Notes: generated by a model from the letters alone, not told the origin. A stretch of DNA of 64,000 bases from an uncultured Nitrososphaerota archaeon (GCA_964586135.1 CAZPGS010000001.1:18761-82760); one strand, 5' to 3'. Counted from the first letter of the stretch, positions 29,619 to 39,293 are shown. Numbers and translations: made by a program.

Positions 29619-30632
29619 TTGGGGAGAAGCGTTCATCAGCCTCGTCGCGGATCTCTGGGCTTCTACCCACGGGTGAGAGCTAAGAGTGTCGTCGCTAGGA
29701 TAAGAAATTGGCCTCAGGTCGAAGTCGAGAAACCGCAATTGCTGGGCTTCGCCGCGTACAAGGCGGGCATGACTCACGGTGTCGTAATCGAGGACAGACC
29801 AACGAGCCCGTTTTACGGTAGAGAGGTTGTGAAGGCGATCACCATACTCGATGCCCCGCCCCTCTTCGTGTGCGGAATAAGGCTCTACTCTTCAACTCCC
29901 TATGGGCTTAGGAGCGTTTTCGAGGTCTTAGCAGACAACCTCCCGAAAGACTTGGAGAGGAAAACGTCGCTCTCCAAGAACTACAACAAAGAAGAGAAGA
30001 TAGCGAGGGCCCAACAGTTATTGAACGAGGTCGCAGAGGTCAGGGTCCTCGCGTGTACTCAACCAAGATTATCTGGACTGAAGAAGAAGACCCCCGAAAT
30101 TATGGAGATAAAGGTCGCAGCCAAGAACGTCGAAGAAGCTTGGGATTACGCGCTATCGATACTTGGGAAAGAGGTAAGGGCCCCAGATATATTTAAGGAA
30201 GGACAATACGTCGATGTCATCAGCATAACCAAGGGCAAGGGCTTTCAAGGCGTGGTGAAGAGATACGGAGTGAAAATTATGCCCCGATGGCACAAGCACC
30301 GCAAAGGCCATCGAAGAACCGGTACGGCGAGCCCCCAGAAGCCCGACATGATGTATAGCATACCAAGGCCTGGACAGCTGGGATTCCACCAGCGAACCGA
30401 GTACAACAAGCGCATAATAAAAATGGGAGAAGATGGATTAAGTGTGACGGTCAAGGGGGGTTTTGTCGGCTACGGCATTGTTAGAGGGCCTTACATAGTG
30501 TTATTGGGCTCGGTACCAGGGCCTAGAGGTAGGCTCGTGAGGTTGAGGTTCCCTATAAGGCCTCTGAAGGACGCGCCCACGAGCCCTCCTAAAATAGTGA
30601 GCATAAACATAGACTCTAAACAGGGTGGTTAG
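29619..30632 (+). CDS. rpl3: 50S ribosomal protein L3 (uL3)
   Basis: ...GFAAYKAGMTHGVVIEDRP...FKEGQYVDVISITKGKGFQGVVKRYGVK... is the canonical L3. 337 aa. Confidence 0.95.
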   Translation: MGRSVHQPRRGSLGFYPRVRAKSVVARIRNWPQVEVEKPQLLGFAAYKAGMTHGVVIEDRPTSPFYGREVVKAITILDAPPLFVCGIRLYSSTPYGLRSVFEVLADNLPKDLERKTSLSKNYNKEEKIARAQQLLNEVAEVRVLACTQPRLSGLKKKTPEIMEIKVAAKNVEEAWDYALSILGKEVRAPDIFKEGQYVDVISITKGKGFQGVVKRYGVKIMPRWHKHRKGHRRTGTASPQKPDMMYSIPRPGQLGFHQRTEYNKRIIKMGEDGLSVTVKGGFVGYGIVRGPYIVLLGSVPGPRGRLVRLRFPIRPLKDAPTSPPKIVSINIDSKQGG

Positions 30633-30634
30633 CG

Positions 30635-31435
30635 GTGCAAGGACCAGTCAAGGTAGCTACGGTTTATGACCTCGAAGGAAGAGAGGCAGGGAAAATAGAG
30701 CTACCGGAGGTCTTCGGCTATGAGGTCAGGGAGGACGTGATAAAGCGGGCTTACTTGGCGGCGCTCACGGCAAGGATACAGCCTCAAGGCAGGGACCCCA
30801 TGGCTGGTAAGAGGACTTCGGCTGAAAGTTGGGGGGTGGGCTATGGCATTGCTAGGGTCCCCAGGGTCAAGGGAGGGAGGTACCCACGCGCAGCGAGCGC
30901 TGCCTTCGTGACGATGGCCGTCGGAGGGAGGAGGGCCCATGCACCAACAGTCGAGAAGAAAATACGCGAAAGGATAAACAAGAAAGAAAAGCGACTCGCC
31001 ATCAAATCCGCGATAGCCGCGACTGCCATCAGGGAGCTCGTGGAAAAGAGAGGCCATATACTTCCACCAGAAATCTCCTTGCCGATAGTGGTGAAGGCAG
31101 AGATAGAGGGGATGGAGACTGTCAAGCAGGCCAAAGAGTTCTTGGCGAAGATGGGGCTATGGAGCGATGTAGAGAGAGTGCGCAAAAGGACCAAGATAAG
31201 AGCGGGCAAGGGGAAGATGAGAGGGAGGAGGTATAAGGAGGGCAAGAGCTTGCTCGTGGTTTTCTCCGGAAAGTGCGAGGCCGTGAAGGCCTTTAGGAAC
31301 CTCCCAGGGGTCACCGTTGCCTACGTCAAAAATCTATCGGTCCTGCACTTAGCCCCGGGAGGAGTTCCGGGACGCTTGACCTTATGGAGTGAGGGCGCCA
31401 TAGAGGCATTAGCTGAAATGGTGTGTGAAAAGTGA
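30635..31435 (+). CDS. rpl4: 50S ribosomal protein L4 (uL4, L1e)
   Basis: ...[47 protein letters not shown]... is the L4/L1e signature. 266 aa. Confidence 0.95.
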   Translation: MQGPVKVATVYDLEGREAGKIELPEVFGYEVREDVIKRAYLAALTARIQPQGRDPMAGKRTSAESWGVGYGIARVPRVKGGRYPRAASAAFVTMAVGGRRAHAPTVEKKIRERINKKEKRLAIKSAIAATAIRELVEKRGHILPPEISLPIVVKAEIEGMETVKQAKEFLAKMGLWSDVERVRKRTKIRAGKGKMRGRRYKEGKSLLVVFSGKCEAVKAFRNLPGVTVAYVKNLSVLHLAPGGVPGRLTLWSEGAIEALAEMVCEK

Positions 31436-31722
31436 GTAGCGAAAAAGTCAGTGAAAAAACCTTGAAGTACTATGACGTTGTCCTGAGGCCTGTGGTCTCA
31501 GAGAAAGCTCTATCGTTGATTGAGAAGAGCAACACCTTGACCTTCATCGTCGACTTAAGGGCTAACAAGCTCCGCATAAAAGAGGCCGTCGAAAAGCTCT
31601 TTGACGTCAAGGTCGAAAAGGTCAACACCTCTATAGTCCCGAAAGGGGAGAAGAAGGCCTTCGTGAAATTAAAGCCTGAGCACAAGGCTTCAGACGTAGC
31701 AGTTAAGCTGGGCATCTTGTAG
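31432..31722 (+). CDS. rpl23: 50S ribosomal protein L23 (uL23)
   Basis: ...[53 protein letters not shown]... 96 aa. Confidence 0.9.
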   Translation: MSSEKVSEKTLKYYDVVLRPVVSEKALSLIEKSNTLTFIVDLRANKLRIKEAVEKLFDVKVEKVNTSIVPKGEKKAFVKLKPEHKASDVAVKLGIL

Positions 31723-31723
31723 G

Positions 31724-32452
31724 GTGGTCGTTATGGGCAAGCGCATATTAGCTCAACGCAAAGGCCGTGGAGGCTCCGTCTTCAGATCCCCAAGGTGGTT
31801 ACACAAAGGCCCTGCCAAGTATCCTAACTTAAGTAAGAGGGAGTGTGAGGGCCTGATTGAGGGGAGGGTAGAGGCGATAATTCATGATCCAGGCAGAGGG
31901 GCGCCGTTGGCGTTAATTAGTCTGCCACACGAAGTGAAGTTCTTCAACGTCGCTGCCGAGGGGATCAAGGTAGGACAGAGGGTACAAATAGGGGACAAGG
32001 CCGAGATAGCTCCGGGCAACATACTGCCCCTGAGGAGCATACCTGATGGGACCAAGGTCTTCAACGTGGAGCTCTCCTACGGCGATGGCGGACGCTTAGT
32101 CAGGGGCTCGGGGTGCTATGCCATCGTATTAAGCCATTCGACCGAGGGCGTGTACATTAGCTTGCCCTCAGGGGAGACAAAGCTCGTCAACGGCTTAGCA
32201 AGAGCAACCATAGGAGCCGTAGCCGGCGCCGGGAGGACAGAGAAGCCCTTCGTGAAGGCTGGCGCTAAATACCACTTGTCAAAAGTTAAGGCGTGGAAGT
32301 ACCCCGAGGTCCGTGGCAAAGCGATGGGCGCTTATGCGCATCCTCACGGCGGAGGAGCCCATCCAAAGGGTAGCTCGCCCGTGAGCCACGGAACGCCTCC
32401 GGGAGCGAAGGTTGGACACATATCTAGCAAGAGGACCGGTAAAAGAGAGTGA
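31724..32452 (+). CDS. rpl2: 50S ribosomal protein L2 (uL2)
   Basis: GKRILAQRKGRGGSVFRSP... GDGGRLVRGSGCYAIV... AMGAYAHPHGGG is canonical L2. 242 aa. Confidence 0.95.
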   Translation: MVVMGKRILAQRKGRGGSVFRSPRWLHKGPAKYPNLSKRECEGLIEGRVEAIIHDPGRGAPLALISLPHEVKFFNVAAEGIKVGQRVQIGDKAEIAPGNILPLRSIPDGTKVFNVELSYGDGGRLVRGSGCYAIVLSHSTEGVYISLPSGETKLVNGLARATIGAVAGAGRTEKPFVKAGAKYHLSKVKAWKYPEVRGKAMGAYAHPHGGGAHPKGSSPVSHGTPPGAKVGHISSKRTGKRE

Positions 32453-32529
32453 AATGAACTAGGTCTCTTAATCGCCGACTTCGGGCCCTTTGTGCCTTAA
32501 GGCTAGGCCTTATCTCCCTTACGACGTTC

Positions 32530-32922
32530 CTACTTCAGGGGCACGTACATCGAGCTTCGCGTCGCTCTCAGCCCAGGCTCGCCATGCTCCACCTTCTTGC
32601 ACGTAGGAGCGAACTCTCCTAGGTAATGTCCTATCATCTCTTCAGTTATCGTGACAGGAACGAACTCTTTACCATTATAGACATGGATGGTCGTATCAAC
32701 CATTTCAGGCAATATTATCATGTCCCTGATGTGCGTTCTAACCGTAGATCTCTTGCCGCTTTTAAGCTCTCTCATTTTCTCGAGGAGCTTCCTCTTCTCC
32801 TCGTTCAGGCCCCTTAAAAGAGATCTCCTTTGCCTCGCTGGGAGTAACTTTATGAACTCGTCCATGGGCATCTCTAGCAACCGCTCTAAGGTATAGCCCC
32901 TATACGTAAACTTGCTCGACAT
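32530..32922 (-). CDS. rps19: 30S ribosomal protein S19 (uS19, eukaryotic S15 family), on the opposite strand to the rest of the cluster
   Basis: [36 protein letters not shown]...[68 protein letters not shown] is unmistakably S19p/S15e but is encoded on the minus strand. Confidence 0.9.
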   Translation of the reverse strand: MSSKFTYRGYTLERLLEMPMDEFIKLLPARQRRSLLRGLNEEKRKLLEKMRELKSGKRSTVRTHIRDMIILPEMVDTTIHVYNGKEFVPVTITEEMIGHYLGEFAPTCKKVEHGEPGLRATRSSMYVPLK

Positions 32923-32989
32923 AGACCTCTCGCTTCTTTTTGAGCTACTCCAGTTATAAGAATTACTTTTTAAAGCGGAAACCTAATAG

Positions 32990-33505
32990 GTGAGAGTCCT
33001 CTTTTTCCCAGCGCTAACAGTATTGAAGAGAGAAGGTAGCTCTATGCCGGAATTTGGCTACTCTCTTCAAGTCTACGAGCCTGAGAAAATGGCCATAGCC
33101 AGTGGAAGAGACTTGAGGATAAGTTGGAAGAAGGCGGTGGAGGTTTGCCGGTTCATAAAGGGTAGAAAGCTCGACGAAGCCAAGAAGCTACTAGAGGGGG
33201 TTTTAAAGAGGGAGGTCATGATTCCCTTTACCACTTTCAACAGAAAGCGCGCACATCATGGTAATATAAACAAGCATCCAAGCGGTGGCTATCCCATAAG
33301 AGTTGTGAAAGAAGTATTGAAGATATTGAGGAATGTGGAGTCCAATGCTGAGAACAAAGGCCTCGATGTCGAGAGGCTAGTCATAGTGCACGCCGCCGCG
33401 CACAAGGGACCTGTCATCAGGAAGTACATACCGAGGGCGTTCGGCAGGGCCACTCCGTTCTTCCAGCAGTTGGTTCATATAGAGGTAGCGGTCAAAGAGG
33501 TCTAG
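32990..33505 (+). CDS. rpl22: 50S ribosomal protein L22 (uL22)
   Basis: ...ASGRDLRISWKKAVEVCRFIKGRKLDEAKKLLEGVLKREVMIPF...HHGNI...GYPIRVVKEV... The likely true start is the internal MPEFGYS (~33044). Confidence 0.9.
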   Translation: MRVLFFPALTVLKREGSSMPEFGYSLQVYEPEKMAIASGRDLRISWKKAVEVCRFIKGRKLDEAKKLLEGVLKREVMIPFTTFNRKRAHHGNINKHPSGGYPIRVVKEVLKILRNVESNAENKGLDVERLVIVHAAAHKGPVIRKYIPRAFGRATPFFQQLVHIEVAVKEV

Positions 33506-33529
33506 AAAATCGCGAGCAAAGGGGGTTTC

Positions 33530-34174
33530 ATGCCGGACATAGAGAAAGGCTTCATCACTAAAGCGTTAAAAAGGCTTGACGTAGACTCCTTTCTAAAACG
33601 CGAGCTGGAGAGGGCTGGCTACGTTAAAGTGGACTTACAGAAGACGCCTCTCGGCACTAACGTGACCATTTATGCAGAAAAGCCGGGAATGGTCATAGGA
33701 AAACATGGCTCTACAGTCCATGAATTAACGCAGAAGTTAGAGAAGACTTTCGGGATCGAGAGGCCCCAAATCGCGGTAGCACCAATTGAAGTCCCAGAGC
33801 TTAACGCTAGGATAATGGCTCAAAGAATCAAGAACGCTCTCGAAAGGGGCATACACTTTCGAAGGGCTGCCTACATAGCTTTAAACCAAATAATGGAGGC
33901 CGGTGCTCTCGGCGCTGAGATAAGGATCAAAGGCAAGCTCAGGACTGAACGAGCTAGGTATGAGAAGCTTCGGTCAGGGATAGTCTTAAAAGCTGGCCAG
34001 TTATCGCAAGAGCACGTGGACGTAGCCGTCGAGCACGCACTCTTAAAGCAGGGCAAAATAGGCATAAAGGTCGAGATATTCTTGCCTTCGGCGGTTAAGG
34101 CCACAGAGGAGTTAGACAAGAGCAAGGTCTTCGTAAAAAGCGAGAGCGAGGGTTGTGGCGATACTCAAGGTTAA
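33530..34174 (+). CDS. rps3: 30S ribosomal protein S3 (uS3)
   Basis: KH domain (...GMVIGKHGSTVHELTQKLEKTFG...) plus the S3 C-terminal domain. 214 aa. Confidence 0.95.
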   Translation: MPDIEKGFITKALKRLDVDSFLKRELERAGYVKVDLQKTPLGTNVTIYAEKPGMVIGKHGSTVHELTQKLEKTFGIERPQIAVAPIEVPELNARIMAQRIKNALERGIHFRRAAYIALNQIMEAGALGAEIRIKGKLRTERARYEKLRSGIVLKAGQLSQEHVDVAVEHALLKQGKIGIKVEIFLPSAVKATEELDKSKVFVKSESEGCGDTQG

Positions 34175-34370
34175 GGATATAGGGAAAATGTCTAAAGAAG
34201 AGAGGCTTGCCAAACTCAGAGAACTAAAAGCAGAGCTCCTGAGGCTTAGGACCCAACAGGCTTCAGGGGCTCCGCTCGAAAACCCCGGCAGAGTGAGGAT
34301 TATAAAAAAGACCATAGCCAGGATCTTGACGGTCATAAATGAAGAGAAGAAGGGTTCTAAACGTGCCTGA
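34155..34370 (+). CDS. rpl29: 50S ribosomal protein L29 (uL29)
   Basis: ...MSKEERLAKLRELKAELLRLRTQQASGAPLENPGRVRIIKKTIARILTV... 71 aa, overlaps the rps3 end. Confidence 0.85.
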   Translation: MAILKVKDIGKMSKEERLAKLRELKAELLRLRTQQASGAPLENPGRVRIIKKTIARILTVINEEKKGSKRA

Positions 34371-35475
34371 ACCTGTCCTTAAGCTTCACCAATATCTTGG
34401 GTAATGTCGTGTACTCTAGTTCTTCAGGTCCGACCCTAGCCGGCATGAACTCTCCCATCCTCCTCATGTAGTCAGCTATCTGCATCGCGATAGTCCTTGC
34501 CACGTCAAAGGCCGGGTCATCGAATAGGTCGGCGGGCTCAGAGCCCGTAAGGCCTATTAACTCGCCGTTTGTCAGCTGGAAGCCAAGAGCTACGACTCGA
34601 GGCGGGCCGTCGAAGAAAGTGCAACGCGCATGCTTCAGACTTACTGGCATCAATGGACCATAGTGCGAGCCCCTCATCCAACCTGCCACGAGGTGGGGGT
34701 ACGCGAAAGGCGCTAGTATTTCACCGACGGCTGGAAAGCCGTGCTGGGCCCTGATTATTAAGGCGGGGTCATCCTTGCCGACGTACTTGCCAGCTATTAA
34801 GCTGAGCCTCGTCGTGGTGGCCACGGCAGCAATCTCTCTATCCACTTTTCTCAGAACCTTCTCGACGACGTACCTCCCCGTCGTGCCCAAGAGCGCCACT
34901 AAGCTGTAAAGCTCTTCAGGGCAACTGAGGTCGACAACCTTTCCCTCTACGACGTCCATGACCCTAAATATGAAGCCTTCGTGCATGCTGGGATCTATTA
35001 CTAAACCAGCGGTGTTATCTGGTGACGCGAAGATCTTGTAAAGGGGGTAGTTCCAAGCTCCGGGCTCAGTCTTATCGGCTGCGAACACTACTATTGGCTC
35101 GCTGAGCCTCTCGGTTATCTCCATCTCGGCAACTCCAGGGCCCATCCCCTTCACATTGCCTGAGAAGGTGTCTGAGAGGAGGTCCTGTCCGGCCGCGTAG
35201 AGCTTTAGAGGTTTTGAAACCTTCTCTGTGACCTCCTTGAATGTGTTCCAAGCTAAGCCATGGATCTCCGGGTCGCCTTCTCCCTTAGTGTGGGTCATCA
35301 ACAATTCCAAGTCGTCGCCACAATTGAAGACGTAGTAGTCCATAATGATTCCATTTTTCTTGGCCTCTTCAAGCCGTTTGCGGGCCACTTCTAGTTGTTT
35401 GGGATGGACGACGTGGTGTCCGCAAAGAGAGCCCACATCGGCTTTTATCAAGCTAATGGTGACTTTTTGCGGCAC
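34357..35475 (-). CDS. fbp: Bifunctional fructose-1,6-bisphosphate aldolase/phosphatase (class V FBPase)
   Basis: MPQKVTISLIKADVGSLCGHHVVHP... N-terminus and overall 372-aa architecture are characteristic of archaeal FBPA/P. Confidence 0.9.
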   Translation of the reverse strand: MPQKVTISLIKADVGSLCGHHVVHPKQLEVARKRLEEAKKNGIIMDYYVFNCGDDLELLMTHTKGEGDPEIHGLAWNTFKEVTEKVSKPLKLYAAGQDLLSDTFSGNVKGMGPGVAEMEITERLSEPIVVFAADKTEPGAWNYPLYKIFASPDNTAGLVIDPSMHEGFIFRVMDVVEGKVVDLSCPEELYSLVALLGTTGRYVVEKVLRKVDREIAAVATTTRLSLIAGKYVGKDDPALIIRAQHGFPAVGEILAPFAYPHLVAGWMRGSHYGPLMPVSLKHARCTFFDGPPRVVALGFQLTNGELIGLTGSEPADLFDDPAFDVARTIAMQIADYMRRMGEFMPARVGPEELEYTTLPKILVKLKDRFRHV

Positions 35476-35539
35476 GAAAGGTCACCCAGTTAAAAAACTG
35501 TGAGATGACCATATAAACCTTTAGCCTTGATCATGTAAT

Positions 35540-37363
35540 TCATGGTCCCTCCTTTTCCTCTGCCTCCTCCCTCTCAGGTATGTAATAGTACTCTCCTATG
35601 CTCTTCTGCTTCCTGTGGAGATAGGAGTCCGGCTTGTTTATCCTAACCCTCCCGCTGTGAAGGTCTCTCCTAAAGGTCACGTCGACTTCTCTCAAGAAGG
35701 CGTTGAAGCCACTCCTCAAGTCCATGGGGCTCGAAGCAACACCGTAGACTCCGGGCTTACCGCTAAAGACCATTATCGAATCAGCGACGGCGTCCATTAC
35801 GACGAGGTCATGCTCAACGACGAAGGCCGCGGCCTTCCTCTCGTCGACGATCTTCCTGACGAGCTTTGCCATCATCAAGCGTTGTTCTACGTCTAAGTAA
35901 GCCGAGGGCTCGTCTAACAGGTAAATGTCCGCCTCTCTGGCCAATGCACACGCTATGCTAACTCGTTGGAGTTCTCCGCCGCTTAGGGATGATAGCTTAC
36001 GATCGAAGAGGTGTTCGAGCATGAACGGCTGGCATATCTCGCTCTTGAACCAAGAAGAAGATAACACGCTCCCTAAATTCCTCGACAAGTAGTCGTATAC
36101 AACTTCGTCGCTCTCAGGTGTCAAGTATTGTGGTTTGTAACTCAGCCTTATCTCGCTCTTTCCTTCCTTCGATATGCCCTCCAAGAGGGACCTCACGAAC
36201 GTAGTCTTGCCGATTCCATTAGGACCCAGTATACCGATAACCTCCCCCTCGTGCACGACCCCTTGATTTACGGTGAGCTCGAAGACCCCTCCCACTTCGA
36301 CTTTGAAGGAGGGCCACGAGAAGAGCTCGTTGACGGCAAGTGATTCCCTAGGCCTAGGTCTTAGCCTGAATTTTACGGGCTCGCTCCTGAATCTCACGTT
36401 CTCGCCGGGTATGTAGCCATCGAGGTATATGTTTATGCCCACTCGGACCCCGTATGGCTGAGAGGCTATGCCATAGGCCCCTGGCTTGCCGTACATGATG
36501 CACACCTTGTCCGAGGCGTAGTCTAGTATCGCAAGGTCATGCTCGGCCACGACGACGGCCTTTCCCTCTTGCGAGAGTGACCTTATGACCTTTGAGACTC
36601 TGAGCCTCTGCATTACGTCGAGATAGCTTGCCGGTTCGTCAAATATGTAGACGTCGGCTTCTCGGCTACACGCGGCTATTATGGCCAACCTCTGCAACTC
36701 CCCGCCGCACAGGGCTGAGACCTCTCTATCAGCTATGTCAATTAAGTCGAGCTCCTTCGCTAAATCCCTCCACGAGCCCTTCTCATCAACTTTAGTGAGG
36801 AGGTCTTTGACGGTGCCCTTAACATATCTAGATATTAGGTCAACATGTTGTATTTTATGTACAATGCGTAATTTCCCGGAATACAAATCTCGAAAGTATG
36901 GCTGAAGCTCGGTGCCTGCAAAAAAGCGCACTACGTCGTCCCTCGTTAGTCGAAGCTCTATGTTTCCGAGGTTCGGCACGAGGTCGCCAGCTAAAATGCG
37001 AAGTATCGTGGTCTTTCCCGTGCCGTTGGGGCCTATCAAACCTAAGACTTGGCCTCTTCTAGGCGGGGGGAGCCTGTATAGCCTAAAGCCATTGGCTCCG
37101 TACTGATGAACACACTCACGCCCTATCTCCTCTGGCAAGTTGACTATAGTTATAGCCGAGAATGGGCATTTCTTGACGCAAATACCGCACCCTACACAAA
37201 GGTTCTCCTTTATCATCGGCCTTTGAGATTCCTCGCTCATCTCGATGGCCATCACTTTATTTTTGACCAGTGGGCAGAAGCGGAGGCACTCCTTGTAACA
37301 CTCTTTCGGTTTACAGAGGTCTTTGTCTATGACGGCTATTCGGGGCATGGTATTCCCCTCCAT
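35540..37363 (-). CDS. abcE1: ABCE1 / RNase L inhibitor homologue (ribosome-recycling ATPase)
   Basis: N-terminal 2x[4Fe-4S] domain (CKPKECYKECLRFCP..., CVGCGICVKKCP). Two ABC cassettes (GLIGPNGTGKTT, GILGPNGIGKTT; LSGGELQR x2). 607 aa. Confidence 0.9.
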   Translation of the reverse strand: MEGNTMPRIAVIDKDLCKPKECYKECLRFCPLVKNKVMAIEMSEESQRPMIKENLCVGCGICVKKCPFSAITIVNLPEEIGRECVHQYGANGFRLYRLPPPRRGQVLGLIGPNGTGKTTILRILAGDLVPNLGNIELRLTRDDVVRFFAGTELQPYFRDLYSGKLRIVHKIQHVDLISRYVKGTVKDLLTKVDEKGSWRDLAKELDLIDIADREVSALCGGELQRLAIIAACSREADVYIFDEPASYLDVMQRLRVSKVIRSLSQEGKAVVVAEHDLAILDYASDKVCIMYGKPGAYGIASQPYGVRVGINIYLDGYIPGENVRFRSEPVKFRLRPRPRESLAVNELFSWPSFKVEVGGVFELTVNQGVVHEGEVIGILGPNGIGKTTFVRSLLEGISKEGKSEIRLSYKPQYLTPESDEVVYDYLSRNLGSVLSSSWFKSEICQPFMLEHLFDRKLSSLSGGELQRVSIACALAREADIYLLDEPSAYLDVEQRLMMAKLVRKIVDERKAAAFVVEHDLVVMDAVADSIMVFSGKPGVYGVASSPMDLRSGFNAFLREVDVTFRRDLHSGRVRINKPDSYLHRKQKSIGEYYYIPEREEAEEKEGP

Positions 37364-37565
37364 CGGACTTCAGAATCGTTTTAGCAAAATTGAGCTACAC
37401 GACGACTCAATAAATCATTCACCTACTTCATGGTCGCCTACAATACGTTTGCTTTTACAGACCTCTTCATCTTATTATCATAATTAACAAAGCGTTTCCC
37501 GATAACTAAGCAAATCGGGGGTCGCGTGTCGTCAGGGTTCAAGACTTAAATCAAAAATGAATGGG

Positions 37566-37640
37566 GGTCATCACCACTCCTCTTCCCATTCCTCCTCTTC
37601 CCATTCCTCCTCCTCTTCCCATTCCTCCCATTCTTCCTCC
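37566..37640 (+). repeat. Polypyrimidine microsatellite-like tract (imperfect CATTCCTCCTCTTCC units) encoding H/S-rich low complexity at the 5' end of the THUMP ORF
   Basis: Plus strand reads catcaccactcctcttcccattcctcctcttcccattcctcctcctcttcccattcctcccattcttcctccatttcc, almost purely C/T. In the ORF frame it translates to HHHSSSHSSSSHSSSSSHSSHSSS. Confidence 0.6.
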
Positions 37641-37760
37641 ATTTCCACGCCCCCTGAAGCGCTTTCTGAAGAGTTATGGCTTTATTTAAAGTTACCGATC
37701 AAATTCTTTAGGGAAGCTTTTAAAGGTCTTCCTTATAAAACACACACGAAGGTGTCGTCG

Positions 37761-38282
37761 GTGAAGTTCAACTTGTTAGTGTCGACGTATCGAAATAGGG
37801 AGGACGACTGTATCAGTGAGCTGTGGTACCTCTTTCGAGAGCTAGGCGACGACCAAGTAGAGGTGCGTAGGGCTCTAGTCCCCGGCCTCTTATTGGTGAA
37901 GACTAAGCTGGACGCCTACGAGGCCTCTAAGAAAATAGGAGAGATAGCTAAGGAAAGGCCGTGGGACGTTAGGTATACGCTTAAGCTCACCCCGATAGAT
38001 GCTGTCACAAGCGATGATATTGAGGAGATAAAGAGGGTTGCCGTCTCGTTTGCCAATAAGAAGATAAGCGAGGGCGAGACTTATCGAATAACCGTAAATA
38101 AGAGGGTCTCCGGTATAAGTAGCCGAAGGCTTATAGAAGAGATAGCCGAAGAAGTCAATAGAAAGGTCAACCTGAAAAATCCTGATAAAATTCTGCAAAT
38201 AGAGATCATCGGCAAAGACGTGGGGATAGCAATATTGAGGCCAGAAGACATAGTTTCTATAGTGAAGATAACTACCTCCTAA
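37761..38282 (+). CDS. Stand-alone THUMP-domain RNA-binding protein (COG1818-like)
   Basis: From the in-frame GTG at 37761 the product (V/M)KFNLLVSTYRNREDDCISELWYLFRELGDD... (173 aa) matches the size and N-terminal FNLLVTT motif of archaeal THUMP-only proteins. The track ORF starts at ATG 37557 with the His/Ser-rich extension and has no internal Met, so the true start is ambiguous. Confidence 0.55.
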   Translation: MKFNLLVSTYRNREDDCISELWYLFRELGDDQVEVRRALVPGLLLVKTKLDAYEASKKIGEIAKERPWDVRYTLKLTPIDAVTSDDIEEIKRVAVSFANKKISEGETYRITVNKRVSGISSRRLIEEIAEEVNRKVNLKNPDKILQIEIIGKDVGIAILRPEDIVSIVKITTS

Positions 38283-39214
38283 GTATTCAATAGGGACGTC
38301 CTCGTCAAAACGCTCTTCAGCTCAGGGCTTAAGGCCGAGGATTTATAGCTAGTCGTGCGTAGCTCTTCGTCGCTTATACGGAGGATTTTAAGTAAGGGCC
38401 TTGCTTCGCATGGTCGAGAGAAGTCGAGCTGCTCTACCTCCTTTATGAAGGGGGTAGAGAACAGGAGCTTAAGCCTCTCGTCGGAGGTCCCTCTACTTAG
38501 TGACAATATGTAAAGGTAAAACTCCCTAGCTCTATCGCCCATCCCTGCGATTTCTAGCGCGCAGACTATTTGATTCTCGCAGGCAAGACGCAAGAGGAAC
38601 TCTATGTTGAATTTGTTGCTTATGTTCTTCCCCAAGGCGAAGGCCTTAATCGTATGATAGAAGACAAAAAATACATGAAGCGGCGATAGAGCTAGTCCAG
38701 GTCGTGACGCTGCCCACACGACGTCGGTACCCTCAAAAGTTCTCTCAAGCAGTCGAATAACTTCTCGTGATGGCAACTCCTCTTTCAACCTTATGTGCAA
38801 TACCCTTAAATCCATTTCACCCCCTTTTTCACTCATCATAAGGGTTAGCAACTTTTTTGCTTTGTCCGCTGTGGCCGAGGTCGTAGACCCCCCGTGAACT
38901 GAAGGTATTAGCGTGATCTCGTTAATGTTGTCCGCTGAAGAATATAAGCCGCCCATTAAATTTACGTCAACGCCATCAACTAAGACTATTATGTCGCTCC
39001 TAATCTTTTCTCCGCTAGACTCAAAGACCCTCTTGAAGAGGATTTCATTGTCTTTACACGCTAAATAAATCACATCTCTTATACTTAGCCCTTGACGAAC
39101 CTCGACCTCGACAGAGCTCGTCTTAGCCAAACCCCTAAGAACGGCTAAGAAGTTCACTTTAACCTTCACGCTAGCGAGCCTCCTATTGAGGTCGGTTGAG
39201 GTACATTTTTTCAC
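38279..39214 (-). CDS. MoaD/ThiS/SAMP-like beta-grasp domain (ends ...IPSVHGG at ~aa 97) fused to an uncharacterised ~210-aa C-terminal domain
   Basis: Residues ~15-97 (VKVKVNFLAVLRGLAKTSSVEVEV...IRSDIIVLVDGVDVNLMGGLYSSADNINEITLIPSVHGG) align position by position with MoaD/SAMP (…VLVNG…GDE..L.PPVSGG). The remaining 210 aa have no recognisable motif (no P-loop, no JAMM HxH, no E1 Rossmann). Confidence 0.5.
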   Translation of the reverse strand: MKKCTSTDLNRRLASVKVKVNFLAVLRGLAKTSSVEVEVRQGLSIRDVIYLACKDNEILFKRVFESSGEKIRSDIIVLVDGVDVNLMGGLYSSADNINEITLIPSVHGGSTTSATADKAKKLLTLMMSEKGGEMDLRVLHIRLKEELPSREVIRLLERTFEGTDVVWAASRPGLALSPLHVFFVFYHTIKAFALGKNISNKFNIEFLLRLACENQIVCALEIAGMGDRAREFYLYILSLSRGTSDERLKLLFSTPFIKEVEQLDFSRPCEARPLLKILRISDEELRTTSYKSSALSPELKSVLTRTSLLNT

Positions 39215-39293
39215 CCCTCAGAGTAGGTCAGCCTCGTCATCCCTCGCTCCTAAGAGAGACGACAAATGTATTTAAACGTTAAAGAGAGGTTAT

